From Deltaproteobacteria bacterium (lineage in GTDB: Bacteria; Desulfobacterota; Binatia; UBA9968), in assembly GCA_016193465.1 (NCBI GenBank), contig JACPSE010000124.1:290-64289 (forward strand): a DNA stretch of 64,000 nt, in the 5' to 3' direction. The notes beneath the pieces are model-generated. The model worked only from the letters and a program-made list of their open reading frames with translations, was not told the DNA's origin and searched no databases. Both the position numbers and the translations under genes were made by a program. The first letter of the stretch is position 1; each line of letters begins with the position of its first letter. Below, piece by piece: positions 10,198 through 20,182 of the stretch.

Positions 10198-10905
10198 TTA
10201 CGAACCGCGGCTTTTTCCCCTCCAAGCTTGGGATGGCGCGCCGGATTCCGCAGAGCGGTTCATAATGAGCAGGGCGGCCTTGAACCGGTTATTGACCTTG
10301 AGTTTGTCAAAGATGTTAGTCAGGTGTGTTTTCACAGTCTTCTCACTAATGAAAATCCTTTTGCCGATTTCTTCATTGGTCAGGCCTTCGGCAACGAGTC
10401 TCAAAATCTCCATCTCTCTTTTGGTTAAGTGCTTGATCGCCTCGTTTGCCGGTTCCGTTCCATGCTTGCCAGACTGTAATAAGGCGATCTCCTCGAAGGC
10501 ATCCGCCGAGGACATCTCTTTATCAACCCAAGAGCCACCGCTATGAACTGTCTTGATCGCCTGCAGCAGGGTGGCAGAGGAGACGCCTTTCAGCACATAA
10601 CCCTTAGCCCCTCCCTTCGCGGCATTGAGAATATTTTCGTCTTCGGAGAAGGCTGTGAGGATAAGGACTTTGGCGGTTGGTTTTTTTTCGTTTAAATCGA
10701 GTAGGGTTTGGACTACATCTCCTTTGGGCATTTTCAGATCCAACAGCACCACATCCGGTTTGGTCCGCTCTACCACCTTAGCCACTTCATCTCCTCGGGC
10801 GGCCTCTCCAACTACCAAGACGTCCTTTTCTAAAGAAAGGATACGCTTCAGTCCTTCCCGGAAAAGGGCATGGTCATCAGCGATGACGACTTTAATTGGT
10901 CCCAT
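10198..10905 (-). CDS. Response regulator, NarL/FixJ family (REC + LuxR-type HTH)
   Basis: VVIADDH...DVVLLDLKMP receiver; C-terminal LTKREMEILRLVAEGLTNEEIGKRIFISEKTVKTH HTH. Confidence 0.9.
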   Translation of the reverse strand: MGPIKVVIADDHALFREGLKRILSLEKDVLVVGEAARGDEVAKVVERTKPDVVLLDLKMPKGDVVQTLLDLNEKKPTAKVLILTAFSEDENILNAAKGGAKGYVLKGVSSATLLQAIKTVHSGGSWVDKEMSSADAFEEIALLQSGKHGTEPANEAIKHLTKREMEILRLVAEGLTNEEIGKRIFISEKTVKTHLTNIFDKLKVNNRFKAALLIMNRSAESGAPSQAWRGKSRGS

Positions 10906-11165
10906 GAATCCCTCCGCGGCAGTGGGGATGTGAAAGTATAGGTAAGATACATGAAATTCTCCGCCAAGCCAACGCCGTCGCAGAAGGTCAGTCTTTAAGG
11001 TGCCGTTGGGCTTCTTTTCCTACGACTCTAGTCTTATTCGCTTCCATTCGCGACCGGCAATGGGGACGAAAAATCCTACCTATAGCGTATTGTTAAGGTG
11101 CACCCCAACAGGTTAGGTATTAGCTTGCTAATTGGTGTCGGAGATTTTTTAAGGAGGAACATCAT

Positions 11166-11516
11166 ATGAAAATGAGGCCGATTTTATTTGCTGCCTGCGC
11201 CCTTTCTCTGATCCTGGTTTTCCCTTTGATGGCCCAGGAGGGAAAGAAGGCCGAGAAGAAAAAGGCGGAAAAGGCAAAGGGAGATGTGGGGCTCCTCGAT
11301 ACCGAAAAAAATTACATGATCTTGGTAACTAAAGAAGGTAAGCTGATCACCCTAGATTTCAACCAAAAGTCCAAGGTGACCATGCTGGAGGCAAAAGACG
11401 CCAAGATGGGTGATGTCGGCCTGGGCTCTTCCGCGGAGGTCGAATACGTTGCCGGTGAAGGGGACCAGAAGGTTGTCACCAAGATGGAATTTCGGCCGGC
11501 CAAAGGCGGCGATTAA
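11166..11516 (+). CDS. Small secreted protein, paralog 3 of the same family
   Basis: Signal peptide (LMA/QE), domain KGDVGLLDTEKNYMILVTKEGKLITLDF; RBS aaggagg upstream; divergent from response regulator. Confidence 0.75.
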   Translation: MKMRPILFAACALSLILVFPLMAQEGKKAEKKKAEKAKGDVGLLDTEKNYMILVTKEGKLITLDFNQKSKVTMLEAKDAKMGDVGLGSSAEVEYVAGEGDQKVVTKMEFRPAKGGD

Positions 11517-11801
11517 CCCTCCTTAAGTTTTCATCAGTTTAAAAACAGGGCGGGTTCTGAAACAGTTCAGGGCCTGCCTTCTTTTACTTCAGGCGAAGCT
11601 AATACAGCAAGACGGCTTTCAGATCCGGCACATTGGTTCCAGTTGATCCTCGAAGAGGGCTTCCCAAAGCGGCGCCGTCAGATCGACGCCCTTTCCTGCG
11701 CCAGCCACATAGACATTGCCTGTTAAAGGAGCTTGCGTCCCCAGCCTTTTTTCATCTATATTGTACATGCATCTGGATCTAGGAACCCGTTAGGAGGGGT
11801 T

Positions 11802-12332
11802 ATGAGTGACGCTGAGTTTGTTCCCCAAGAGGGGCCCAAGGCCTTTATAACAGTCTGGCGTAAGGTGATATTAGACCCCCGCGGGTTTTACGGCGACATG
11901 CCGGCGACCGGGGGCTTCGAAAATCCCCTGATTTTCTTGGGCATCTGCGCTCTCTTTTACTTTATACTCAAGGTTATTGTAGGGGGTCTTCCGGAAGCCA
12001 TAAATGCCCTCTTTTTGGTTGCTTTGGCATACATTTTCGGCCCTGGCATCCTGATGCTGGCCTCCCAGTTCATTTTCCAGGGAGAAGGGGACTATGAGGG
12101 GAGCCTGCGCGTATGCGCCTATGCTGGATCCTGTCTGGTTCTCGCCTGGGTACCGACCTTGGGCATCATCGCGTTTGTTTATAGCTTCTATCTCGTTTTT
12201 CTCGGCACGGAAAAAATCCACAAGCTTGACACGACCAAGGCCGTCATCGTCACCCTTGTCGCGATTCTTGTCACTGGAGCTATTATACTTTGGGTTCTCG
12301 GGTGGGACCGGATTCGCCGCCCTCTTTTCTAA
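11802..12332 (+). CDS. Yip1-family integral membrane protein
   Basis: Cytoplasmic N-terminus then 4-5 TM helices; Yip1-like topology and size; start at MSDAEF (long ORF from 11733). Confidence 0.5.
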   Translation: MSDAEFVPQEGPKAFITVWRKVILDPRGFYGDMPATGGFENPLIFLGICALFYFILKVIVGGLPEAINALFLVALAYIFGPGILMLASQFIFQGEGDYEGSLRVCAYAGSCLVLAWVPTLGIIAFVYSFYLVFLGTEKIHKLDTTKAVIVTLVAILVTGAIILWVLGWDRIRRPLF

Positions 12333-12368
12333 GGGGCCTGCTCGGATCAAAAGAAGGAGCTTGGAGAT

Positions 12369-12839
12369 TTACAGGTTATCGTCCTCAGTGTCCGTGATGG
12401 CGAGCTTGCGGTAGCTTCTCTCATCTTCGAACTTCTTTTGCAGCCTGCTTTCCTTTTCCATCTCCTCCTGGCACTTCACGCACAGCCGCGTAAAAGGAAG
12501 GACCTTGAGCCTTCCCAATTGAATCTCGCCCTCGCAGTTTTCGCAGCCGCACTCGCAGATCCCGTAGGTTTTGTCCTTGATCCTCTGAAGGGCCTCGTCG
12601 ATGGCTAACAGCTTTTCCCGCTCGCGGTCGTTAAGGATAAAGTTGATTTCCCGATCTCTCTCGTCGCTGGCCAGGTCGTAGGTGTCCCGCCCTTCGTCCT
12701 TGCTCCCCTCCGTCTCCTCCTTGACGCGCTCCTGGATCTCGCGGAGAAGCTGTTTCTTTGTCTCCAGCAGCGTTTCCTCGGCCTTTTTTAGGAGTTCTTT
12801 TCTCACCTTCTTATCCTGACTCGGTTTAGATTTAGGCAT
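12369..12839 (-). CDS. DksA/TraR-family C4-type zinc-finger protein
   Basis: Coiled-coil N-terminus and CECGCENCEGEI...CVKCQ four-Cys finger. Confidence 0.7.
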   Translation of the reverse strand: MPKSKPSQDKKVRKELLKKAEETLLETKKQLLREIQERVKEETEGSKDEGRDTYDLASDERDREINFILNDREREKLLAIDEALQRIKDKTYGICECGCENCEGEIQLGRLKVLPFTRLCVKCQEEMEKESRLQKKFEDERSYRKLAITDTEDDNL

Positions 12840-14187
12840 CTAATATCGCACCAATTAGATCATAGTCAAGGGCCTGGGTAATCTTCACCTGCACCATATT
12901 CCCAGGCCGCAGTTTTTTCTGTTGGCCTTGCGCGAGGTCATGTTCGAGATAGACGACACCGTCCACCTCGGGAGCGTGGGCTTGCGTACGTCCGAAAATC
13001 CTCTGCGATTCCGGTTCCAAACCATCGATCATCATCTGCTGCGCTGTCCCAACCAGGGTCTCGTTCTTCGCGCGAGAGATCCCCGCCTGTAGATCCATTA
13101 CCTCTTGCCAGCGTCTCTCCTTCTCTTGCTCGGCGATCTGATCCTCCATATGGGCGGCTGCGGTTCCCTCCTCCGCGGAATATTTGAAAACTCCCAAGCG
13201 CTCAAACTGCGCCTCTTCGACAAAATCCATAAGCTCCTGAAAATCCTCTTCCGTCTCGCCGGGGAAACCGACGATGAGCGAGGTCCGAAGGGTGACATCA
13301 GGGATCGCCCGGCGGAGCTTGTGGACCGCCTCACGCACAGCGCTGCCGCTTTTTCCCCTGCGCATGCTTCTCAGAATCCGGCCGCTGATATGCTGAAAGG
13401 GGATATCCACATACTTGCAGATCTTGTCGTTTTCGTGGATCAAGCGGAGCAGAGGCTCATCAAGAAAATTCGGATAGGCGTAGAGGAGACGGATCCACTG
13501 AGCCCCGGGAATCCGCGCCATCTCCTTCAGCAAACCATAGAGCGTGGCGCCGTCCCGGCGATCTCTGCCATATGCGGTAAGGTCTTGAGCAATGAGGTTT
13601 ATTTCTTTGACTCCCGCGCCAGCCAGCGCAATCGCCTCTTGCACGATGGAGTCGATCGGGCGGCTGCGGTGCGGCCCGCGGAGTCGGGGGATAATGCAAA
13701 AGGCGCACTTATGATCGCAGCCCTCCGAGACCTTGAGAAACGCGCTGTGGGAGGGCGCGCTCCGAAGCCGCGGCGTAGAGTGATCGTATAGATAGCGCGG
13801 GATGCCGACGTAGGAGCGCTGTTTTTTGGCTTGGCGATGCTCCTTTAGGATTTCGACGATGCGCGGGACCTCTCCAGTCCCAATAAAGAGATCCACTTCC
13901 GGCAGCTCTCGAGCGAGTTCTTCCGGGTATCTCTGAGAAAGGCAGCCGGCAACGACCAAGGTCTGCAGCCCGCCTTCTTCTTTCAGACGCGCTGTTTCCA
14001 AAATAGTGTCAATAGATTCCTCTTTGGCGGCATCGATGAAGCCGCAGGTGTTAACAAGGACGATGTCGGCCTCAGACGGCTCTGCGACCATTTCGTACGG
14101 GCCTTGCTGAAGGAGCCCTGCCATGACCTCGGTATCGACGAGATTTCGCGCGCAGCCAAGACTGATGATGTTAATTCTTTGTTTCAT
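12832..14187 (-). CDS. rimO: Ribosomal protein S12 methylthiotransferase RimO (radical SAM + TRAM)
   Basis: MKQRINIISLGCARNLVDTEVM..NTCGFIDAAKEES N-terminal MTTase domain, CDHKCAFC radical SAM motif, C-terminal TRAM. Confidence 0.85.
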   Translation of the reverse strand: MKQRINIISLGCARNLVDTEVMAGLLQQGPYEMVAEPSEADIVLVNTCGFIDAAKEESIDTILETARLKEEGGLQTLVVAGCLSQRYPEELARELPEVDLFIGTGEVPRIVEILKEHRQAKKQRSYVGIPRYLYDHSTPRLRSAPSHSAFLKVSEGCDHKCAFCIIPRLRGPHRSRPIDSIVQEAIALAGAGVKEINLIAQDLTAYGRDRRDGATLYGLLKEMARIPGAQWIRLLYAYPNFLDEPLLRLIHENDKICKYVDIPFQHISGRILRSMRRGKSGSAVREAVHKLRRAIPDVTLRTSLIVGFPGETEEDFQELMDFVEEAQFERLGVFKYSAEEGTAAAHMEDQIAEQEKERRWQEVMDLQAGISRAKNETLVGTAQQMMIDGLEPESQRIFGRTQAHAPEVDGVVYLEHDLAQGQQKKLRPGNMVQVKITQALDYDLIGAILDA

Positions 14188-14879
14188 GGAGATAGTGATC
14201 CCAATTCGATCACGTCGACGCCTTCGGGGAGCTGCAGGCGAAACAGAGAATCTTTCAGTCCCGTTCCCTTGCGCATATTGGAAAAACGGATTGTGGTAAC
14301 GTTGCGCGCCGCGTCCCGAATCCGGCTCCAAAGGATGCTGAACGAGTCACGATCGACTCCCAGCAAGATCTCGCCGACCCCTCCCAATTCTCCCTTCGGT
14401 CCAAGCTGGAGGACATAATGGCCCTGTTCCATATCTTTTAAGCTCACTGTGAAGTCCTTCTTAAGGTTGCCTATCCCCAGCAGAAAGGATAGAGGGATAT
14501 CCGAGCGAAAGGCGTTTTTAAGCGGGCTTTTCATGACCTGTCCTTGCCCCGGCTGGTAATAGTAAAGGCTTTTGCCGTCCGCCAAGACAAACTGGCCTTT
14601 CGGCTCATCGTAGCGCCAGAGCATCCTGCCAGGGCGTTTGAAATAGAGTTTTCCCCATCCCTTGAGGCTGCGGGTAAGCGTCTTAAGCTCCGTCTCTTGC
14701 TGAAAATCCGCGACAAAGTCAACTGCAGAATCATAGCTCTTCTGGAGACTTTCGATAACATGCGCTTCCTCCCCGGGCTCTCCCGCAGCCCCCTGAGAGC
14801 TGCCGGCGAGGAGAGACGAGGCAAGGAATAAAAAAGACAACCATTTAGCCAGGCTTCTACTCTTCGATTTTCCTCGCAT
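14184..14879 (-). CDS. lolA: Outer-membrane lipoprotein carrier protein LolA
   Basis: Signal peptide then LolA-like beta-barrel; located immediately after ftsK, the usual ftsK-lolA arrangement; start chosen at MRGKS. Confidence 0.7.
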   Translation of the reverse strand: MRGKSKSRSLAKWLSFLFLASSLLAGSSQGAAGEPGEEAHVIESLQKSYDSAVDFVADFQQETELKTLTRSLKGWGKLYFKRPGRMLWRYDEPKGQFVLADGKSLYYYQPGQGQVMKSPLKNAFRSDIPLSFLLGIGNLKKDFTVSLKDMEQGHYVLQLGPKGELGGVGEILLGVDRDSFSILWSRIRDAARNVTTIRFSNMRKGTGLKDSLFRLQLPEGVDVIELGSLSP

Positions 14880-17094
14880 AGACCTCCCGTGGCTTCGCGC
14901 CATCCGCCGGTCCCACCACTCCATCTCGCTCCATTTGCTCGATCATCCTGGCGGCCCGGTTGTACCCCACTCTAAGCCGTCTCTGGATCATGGAGATAGA
15001 AGCCTGCTCGGTCTCCGTGACCAACTTCACAGCTTGGTCATACATCTCGTCGTAATCGTCATCTCCGTTTGCCGCCTCGACCTCTTTTTTGGCATCGAAA
15101 ATCTCAGGGCGATAGCGCGGTTTTGCCTGCTGGTTGATGAACTCAACGACCTTGCGGACCTCTTGATCGGAGACATAAGCGCCGTGAATGCGGGAGATGC
15201 GCGCGGTGCCCGGAGGTAGAAAGAGCATGTCCCCATCTCCGAGGAGCCGCTCCGCGCCGATGGAATCCAGGATCGTGCGGGAATCCACCCGGGAGGTAAC
15301 CTGGAATGAGATCCGAGCAGGAAAATTGGCTTTGATAAGTCCGGTTATGACATCGACGGATGGGCGCTGGGTTGCCAAAATCATGTGAATTCCCGCTGCC
15401 CTGGCTTTCTGCGCCAGACGAGTGATGTGCTCCTCAATATCGCTTCTCACAGACATGATCAGATCGGCTAACTCATCTACGACAATCACAATCCGGGCCA
15501 GCCGCTCATGGACCAAAGGGGCTTTTTCCTCTAGATCTCCTCCTAACTCTTGTTCTCCATTGGGCTGCTCCGATTGCCGTAGCTCGATAACCCCGTGCCT
15601 ATCTGCCATTTCTTTCTCTAGCAGTCGGTTATAGTGATCGATGTTTCTGGCTCCTTTATCTCGCATCAGCCGGTAACGGCGGTCCATTTCATCCATGGCC
15701 CAAAATAGGGCTGCGGCGGCTTTTTTCGCATCGGTAACGACCGGAACGATCATGTGGGGAAGGTTTTCATAAACCGTGAGCTCAAGCATTTTCGGATCGA
15801 TCATTATGAATTGCACGTCTTGCGGGGCCGCCTTAAAGAGAATGCTTAAGACCATGGCGTTGATGGAGACAGATTTGCCCGTCCCCGTAGCGCCGGCAAC
15901 GAGCAGGTGGGGCATCCGCGCCAGATCCGCCAGAAAAGGAGCTCCGGAGATATCCTTCCCCAGGGCCAGAGTCAGCTTGGACTCGGCGCTTTGATAGGCA
16001 TCGCCCTCGAAGACCTGTTGCAGAAAGACTTTCTCGCGTCTCGGATTGGGTATTTCGATACCGACAACCGACTTGCCGGGAATCGGGGCCAGTATACGTA
16101 TACTCATTGCACGCAGCGCCATGGAGAGATCATCTGCGAGCGTGACGATCCGTCTTACTTTTACGCCTGGGGCAGGTTCAAACTCGTACATCGTGATGAC
16201 CGGTCCGGGTCGCACGGCCACCACCTTTCCCTCGACGCCAAAGTCAGCCAGTTTCTTCTGCAGGATGAGAGAATTGGCCTCCAGGGTTTCCTTGTCGATC
16301 TTGACGTGTTCTCCATCCGGAGAATCCAGCAGGGCGAGAGTGGGAAGCATGTAGCCCTGGCTAATGTCGGGAAAATCGAGCTGTGCCGGCGCAGCTTTCT
16401 TCCTCGGCTTCTTGGGCGGCTCCTCTTTAACTTCCTCTCTGAGGACAATCGGCGGAGGAACAAACTCCTTGCGCTCTTTCTTGGTATTCTCTCCTTTTGC
16501 CTTTTCCCTTCTCTCACGCCATTTCTTGCTCAAGCTCTCGAGGAGAGCCACGGACTGCTTGGCGAATTCTCTCGCCCCCTTCCTTCCCTTTTCCAGAAGG
16601 GTGACGAGAGATTTTTGGGTGACGGACATCAGCGCGAGCAGGAGCGCCGATAAAACGATAAGATAGGCCCCCACGCGGCTGAAGAGAGAAGTTAAGAGAT
16701 ATTTGGAAAAATCCCCCAGGACCCCTCCGGCAGCGGTGGCAACCTCGGTCTCACGGAGGAGACTTGTCAGTACCGCCACGCCCCAGAGAAAAAGGGCATA
16801 GCCGCTGGCCTTCGTCAGTCGGATTCCTTGGTAGGATTCGCGGAATAAATTGTAAGCGGCGATGAACAAAAACATAGATAGAAGGTAAGCAGAGCGGCCT
16901 AATCCGTGAAGCAAGAGATCGGCCAAGTAGGCCCCGACGATTCCGCCCCAGTTTTGGGTTTGTAGGCTCCCCGAAGGGGTGTTAAAGGAACGGTCGCTGG
17001 GGTTGTAAGAGAAAAGGCTCAATGCGACCAGCAGGGCAAAAACAAAGATAACTACCCCTAAAATCTCGCGGTTCAGCCTGGAGCCTTTTTCCAT
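14857..17094 (-). CDS. ftsK: DNA translocase FtsK
   Basis: N-terminal TM helices, Pro/Lys linker, Walker A GATGTGKS, C-terminal gamma wHTH; start MEKGSRLNREILGVV. Confidence 0.9.
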   Translation of the reverse strand: MEKGSRLNREILGVVIFVFALLVALSLFSYNPSDRSFNTPSGSLQTQNWGGIVGAYLADLLLHGLGRSAYLLSMFLFIAAYNLFRESYQGIRLTKASGYALFLWGVAVLTSLLRETEVATAAGGVLGDFSKYLLTSLFSRVGAYLIVLSALLLALMSVTQKSLVTLLEKGRKGAREFAKQSVALLESLSKKWRERREKAKGENTKKERKEFVPPPIVLREEVKEEPPKKPRKKAAPAQLDFPDISQGYMLPTLALLDSPDGEHVKIDKETLEANSLILQKKLADFGVEGKVVAVRPGPVITMYEFEPAPGVKVRRIVTLADDLSMALRAMSIRILAPIPGKSVVGIEIPNPRREKVFLQQVFEGDAYQSAESKLTLALGKDISGAPFLADLARMPHLLVAGATGTGKSVSINAMVLSILFKAAPQDVQFIMIDPKMLELTVYENLPHMIVPVVTDAKKAAAALFWAMDEMDRRYRLMRDKGARNIDHYNRLLEKEMADRHGVIELRQSEQPNGEQELGGDLEEKAPLVHERLARIVIVVDELADLIMSVRSDIEEHITRLAQKARAAGIHMILATQRPSVDVITGLIKANFPARISFQVTSRVDSRTILDSIGAERLLGDGDMLFLPPGTARISRIHGAYVSDQEVRKVVEFINQQAKPRYRPEIFDAKKEVEAANGDDDYDEMYDQAVKLVTETEQASISMIQRRLRVGYNRAARMIEQMERDGVVGPADGAKPREVYARKIEE

Positions 17095-17110
17095 AAGAAA
17101 CACCGGGGCT

Positions 17111-18766
17111 TTATGTCTCCATGATGAAGGGGAGGACAACCGGCCGCCGCTCCAATTTTTTATTAAAGTACCTCCGCAGCGCCTTCCGCACCTCCTCCTG
17201 CAGTTCCGTGGGGTCGGTCCGGGTCTCCCGATTGATTTCCCGTAGTGTCTCCAAGACGACTCTCTTCGCCTGCTCCATGACTTCTTCGCTCTCCTCGGCG
17301 CGCATGAAGCCCCGCGAGATAAGATCCGGTCCCGCCACAAGCTCGCCGGTCTGCTGGTGGATCGCCATTACAGCCAGGACCATCCCGTCTTCAGAGAGAT
17401 GGCGCCGGTCCCTGATCACGACATCCTCGACATCTCCCACCCCTTTTCCGTCGACGAAAAGTCGCCCGACAGAGACCGGCTCTAATTTTCTGGCGCTCTC
17501 GGCGGTGAGTTCCAAGACTCCGCCATCTTCCATAAGAAAACAGTTCTCCACCGGAATTCCCACCTTCTGGGCCAGTTGGATGTGTCTCACAAGGTGGCGA
17601 TATTCTCCATGGACGGGGACGAAGTAGCGCGGGCGGGTCAATTGGAGCATGGTCTTCAATTCCTCCTGGCTGGCATGGCCCGAGACATGAATCTCCGACA
17701 CCTTTTCGTAATGGACCTCGGCGCCACGCCGGTAGAGATGATTGATCAGATTGTTGATCGTTTTTTCATTGCCGGGAATGAATTTTGATGAAAGGACAAC
17801 CGTATCTCCCCGTTCTATTTTAATCCGTTTGTGATCATCCAGGGCGATCCTGTGAAGGGCCGAGAGCGGCTCTCCCTGACTCCCGGTGGTGAGAAAGGTG
17901 ATTTGGTCGCGGGGAAGATCCTGCCACCGCTCGCTCTCGGTTACCACCCCATCCGGGAGATGCAGGAAGCCCAAGTCGGAGGCGATCTGGCTATTGTTGA
18001 TCATGCTTCGCCCGCTCAAGATGAGCCTTCGGTCAAAACGCTCCGATAGCTCGGCGACCTGCTGGATGCGGGGAATGTTGGAAGAGAAAGTGGCGACGAA
18101 TAATCGTCCATGACTTCCATGAAAAATCTCTTCAAGGTTTTTCCCAACCTCCCGCTCCGAGGGGGTGTAGCCCTCCCGCTCCACATTGGTCGAATCAGAG
18201 AGCAGGAGAAGCACCCCTCTTTCGCCGTAGGCGGCAAATTTCTGGAAGTCGAACATCTCGCCGTTCATGGGCGTGTTGTCGATCTTAAAATCGCCGGTGT
18301 GGATGACGGTGCCGCAAGGAGTATCCACCGCCAGGGCGAGGCAGTCCATCAGGCTGTGGGTGACCTTTATCCCTTCGATCTTAAATGGGGCGAGCTCCCA
18401 GCCATAGCCGGCCCTGATTTCCCTGAGGTCCGCTGTTTTATCGAGGCCATGCTCTCGCAGCTTGTTCCCCAACAGGCCAAGGGTAAGCCGGGAGCCAAAA
18501 ACGGGAACCGCAAGCTGTTTCAAAATATAGGGGAGGGCCCCGATATGGTCTTCGTGTGCATGAGTGAGAACGATCCCCTTAAGCTTTTTCTTTTTTTCCA
18601 GAAGGTAGCTTATGTCCGGGATTACCAGATCGATTCCCAGCAGCTCCGCCCCGGGAAACATCAGGCCGCAATCGATGGCGATGGCCGACTCGCCATGCTC
18701 CAGGAGCATCATGTTCAATCCAAACTCTCCCAATCCGCCCAGTGGAATAATTCTAAGTGGTTCCAT
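17111..18766 (-). CDS. rnj: Ribonuclease J
   Basis: Metallo-beta-lactamase HAHEDHIG motif, beta-CASP and C-terminal domain, about 550 aa. Confidence 0.9.
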   Translation of the reverse strand: MEPLRIIPLGGLGEFGLNMMLLEHGESAIAIDCGLMFPGAELLGIDLVIPDISYLLEKKKKLKGIVLTHAHEDHIGALPYILKQLAVPVFGSRLTLGLLGNKLREHGLDKTADLREIRAGYGWELAPFKIEGIKVTHSLMDCLALAVDTPCGTVIHTGDFKIDNTPMNGEMFDFQKFAAYGERGVLLLLSDSTNVEREGYTPSEREVGKNLEEIFHGSHGRLFVATFSSNIPRIQQVAELSERFDRRLILSGRSMINNSQIASDLGFLHLPDGVVTESERWQDLPRDQITFLTTGSQGEPLSALHRIALDDHKRIKIERGDTVVLSSKFIPGNEKTINNLINHLYRRGAEVHYEKVSEIHVSGHASQEELKTMLQLTRPRYFVPVHGEYRHLVRHIQLAQKVGIPVENCFLMEDGGVLELTAESARKLEPVSVGRLFVDGKGVGDVEDVVIRDRRHLSEDGMVLAVMAIHQQTGELVAGPDLISRGFMRAEESEEVMEQAKRVVLETLREINRETRTDPTELQEEVRKALRRYFNKKLERRPVVLPFIMET

Positions 18767-18771
18767 GATGC

Positions 18772-19566
18772 CTACCCCTCTGCCCAGGCCTCCGCCGCAA
18801 CTAAAGCCTGCGCGCTGTCAGTTTCGCTGGGTGCATTACCGTGTCGCCGCGATTGAGACTCCATAATGGTCCGTACGCGACTCAAGAGGCCGCGGCTATT
18901 CCCGGCATGATACCGTTCCAGGGGAACAGGCTCGCTCACGATAACTTCTATTTCACCGCCTTTGATGCGCCAATCTCCCCTTGGCAGGATGGCGCCACTG
19001 CCATTGATCGTGATAGGGACTATCGGGGTTTGCGTCTTAACGGCAAGAACAAATCCGCCCCTTTTGAAGGGCAGGAGCTGTCCGTCGAAGCTGCGGGTCC
19101 CCTCAGGGAAAACGACGACGGAGATCCCCCCCTCAATTCTCTCTCTCGCCTTTCGCAAACTCGCCATCGCCTTGGCGCGATTCGATCGATCTACGACAAT
19201 ATGTTTCGAAGCCCACATAGCCCAGCCGAAGAGAGGAACGAAGAGCAGCTCTCTTTTTGCCACCCAGCGGAGCTGGAAATCGCTCAGACTCTGTACCAGC
19301 ACCGGGATATCGATATTGCTCTGGTGATTGGCCATGAAAATATACTGGCGGCCCGTGTCCAGATGCTCGAGACCTTTGACTTTCAGACAAATGCCGCCAA
19401 TTCTTAGAATTCCCCAGCTCCACAAGCGGGAAATTTTATAAGCGATCTTTCCTTCGCGATCGCAAAACCCCAAGGGGATAATGAGAAGGCTCGCAGGGAG
19501 GGTGATCAGAATGATCAAGGCCAGTTTTATGCCGTAAAGCATTAAAATAAAACTTGTTTTTAACAA
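18772..19566 (-). CDS. plsC: 1-acyl-sn-glycerol-3-phosphate acyltransferase
   Basis: NHQSNIDIP (HX4D) and VFPEGTRS acyltransferase motifs; N-terminal TM anchor. Confidence 0.8.
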   Translation of the reverse strand: MLKTSFILMLYGIKLALIILITLPASLLIIPLGFCDREGKIAYKISRLWSWGILRIGGICLKVKGLEHLDTGRQYIFMANHQSNIDIPVLVQSLSDFQLRWVAKRELLFVPLFGWAMWASKHIVVDRSNRAKAMASLRKARERIEGGISVVVFPEGTRSFDGQLLPFKRGGFVLAVKTQTPIVPITINGSGAILPRGDWRIKGGEIEVIVSEPVPLERYHAGNSRGLLSRVRTIMESQSRRHGNAPSETDSAQALVAAEAWAEG

Positions 19567-19732
19567 ACGCTAATTCATCAAAAAATCAGGAAAAACTAAC
19601 ACATTTTAATCTACGAATGGGGAAAAAGCAATAAAATCTACCGGGCCAAGCTAGGCTCTGGTTTTTTTATTGACTAAAGAGTTTCCTGGCGCTAAGGTCA
19701 ACAGAATAAGTAGGAAGGATGAGGGAGGTCCC

Positions 19733-20155
19733 ATGTCGGTTAATAAAGCGATCCTTATTGGCAATCTCGGCAAAGACCCCGAAGTGCGTTTTACCGCTAA
19801 TGGCAAGGCCGTGGCGCGCTTCCCCATCGCCACCTCCGAGGTGTGGATTGACGGCGAGGGTAACCGGCAGGAGAGAACGGAGTGGCACAACATTATAGTC
19901 TGGGGAAAGCAGGGCGAAAGCTGCGGCCAGTATCTGGCCAAGGGTCGGCAGGTCTTCGTTGAAGGCAGCATCCGTAGCCGCACCTACGACGACAAAAGCG
20001 GCAACAAACGGTACATAACCGAGATTGTAGCCCAGAGAGTCAGGTTCTTGGGCGGCGGTGGCGGAACCCGCGTTGCCACGGAGCCGGAACCCGAGCCTGC
20101 CGCAGAAGCCTCTGCCAGCCAGCCCCCGCCATTGGACGACGACATACCCTTCTAG
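19733..20155 (+). CDS. ssb: Single-stranded DNA-binding protein
   Basis: MSVNKAILIGNLGKDPEVRF OB-fold N-terminus, Gly/Pro tail ending DDDIPF. Confidence 0.9.
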   Translation: MSVNKAILIGNLGKDPEVRFTANGKAVARFPIATSEVWIDGEGNRQERTEWHNIIVWGKQGESCGQYLAKGRQVFVEGSIRSRTYDDKSGNKRYITEIVAQRVRFLGGGGGTRVATEPEPEPAAEASASQPPPLDDDIPF

Positions 20156-20182
20156 TTGGTCCCTCGCCCCATACGTCATGAG

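Noticed and set aside
16046-16653. Several 100-250-aa ORFs on plus strand within ftsK
   Set aside because: Antisense to the FtsK ATPase domain. No independent support.
14857-17340. 827-aa FtsK ORF with 82-codon N-terminal extension overlapping rnj
   Set aside because: Extension is Arg/Cys-rich and overlaps the RNase J 3' end. Canonical FtsK start MEKGSRLNREILGVV at 17094.
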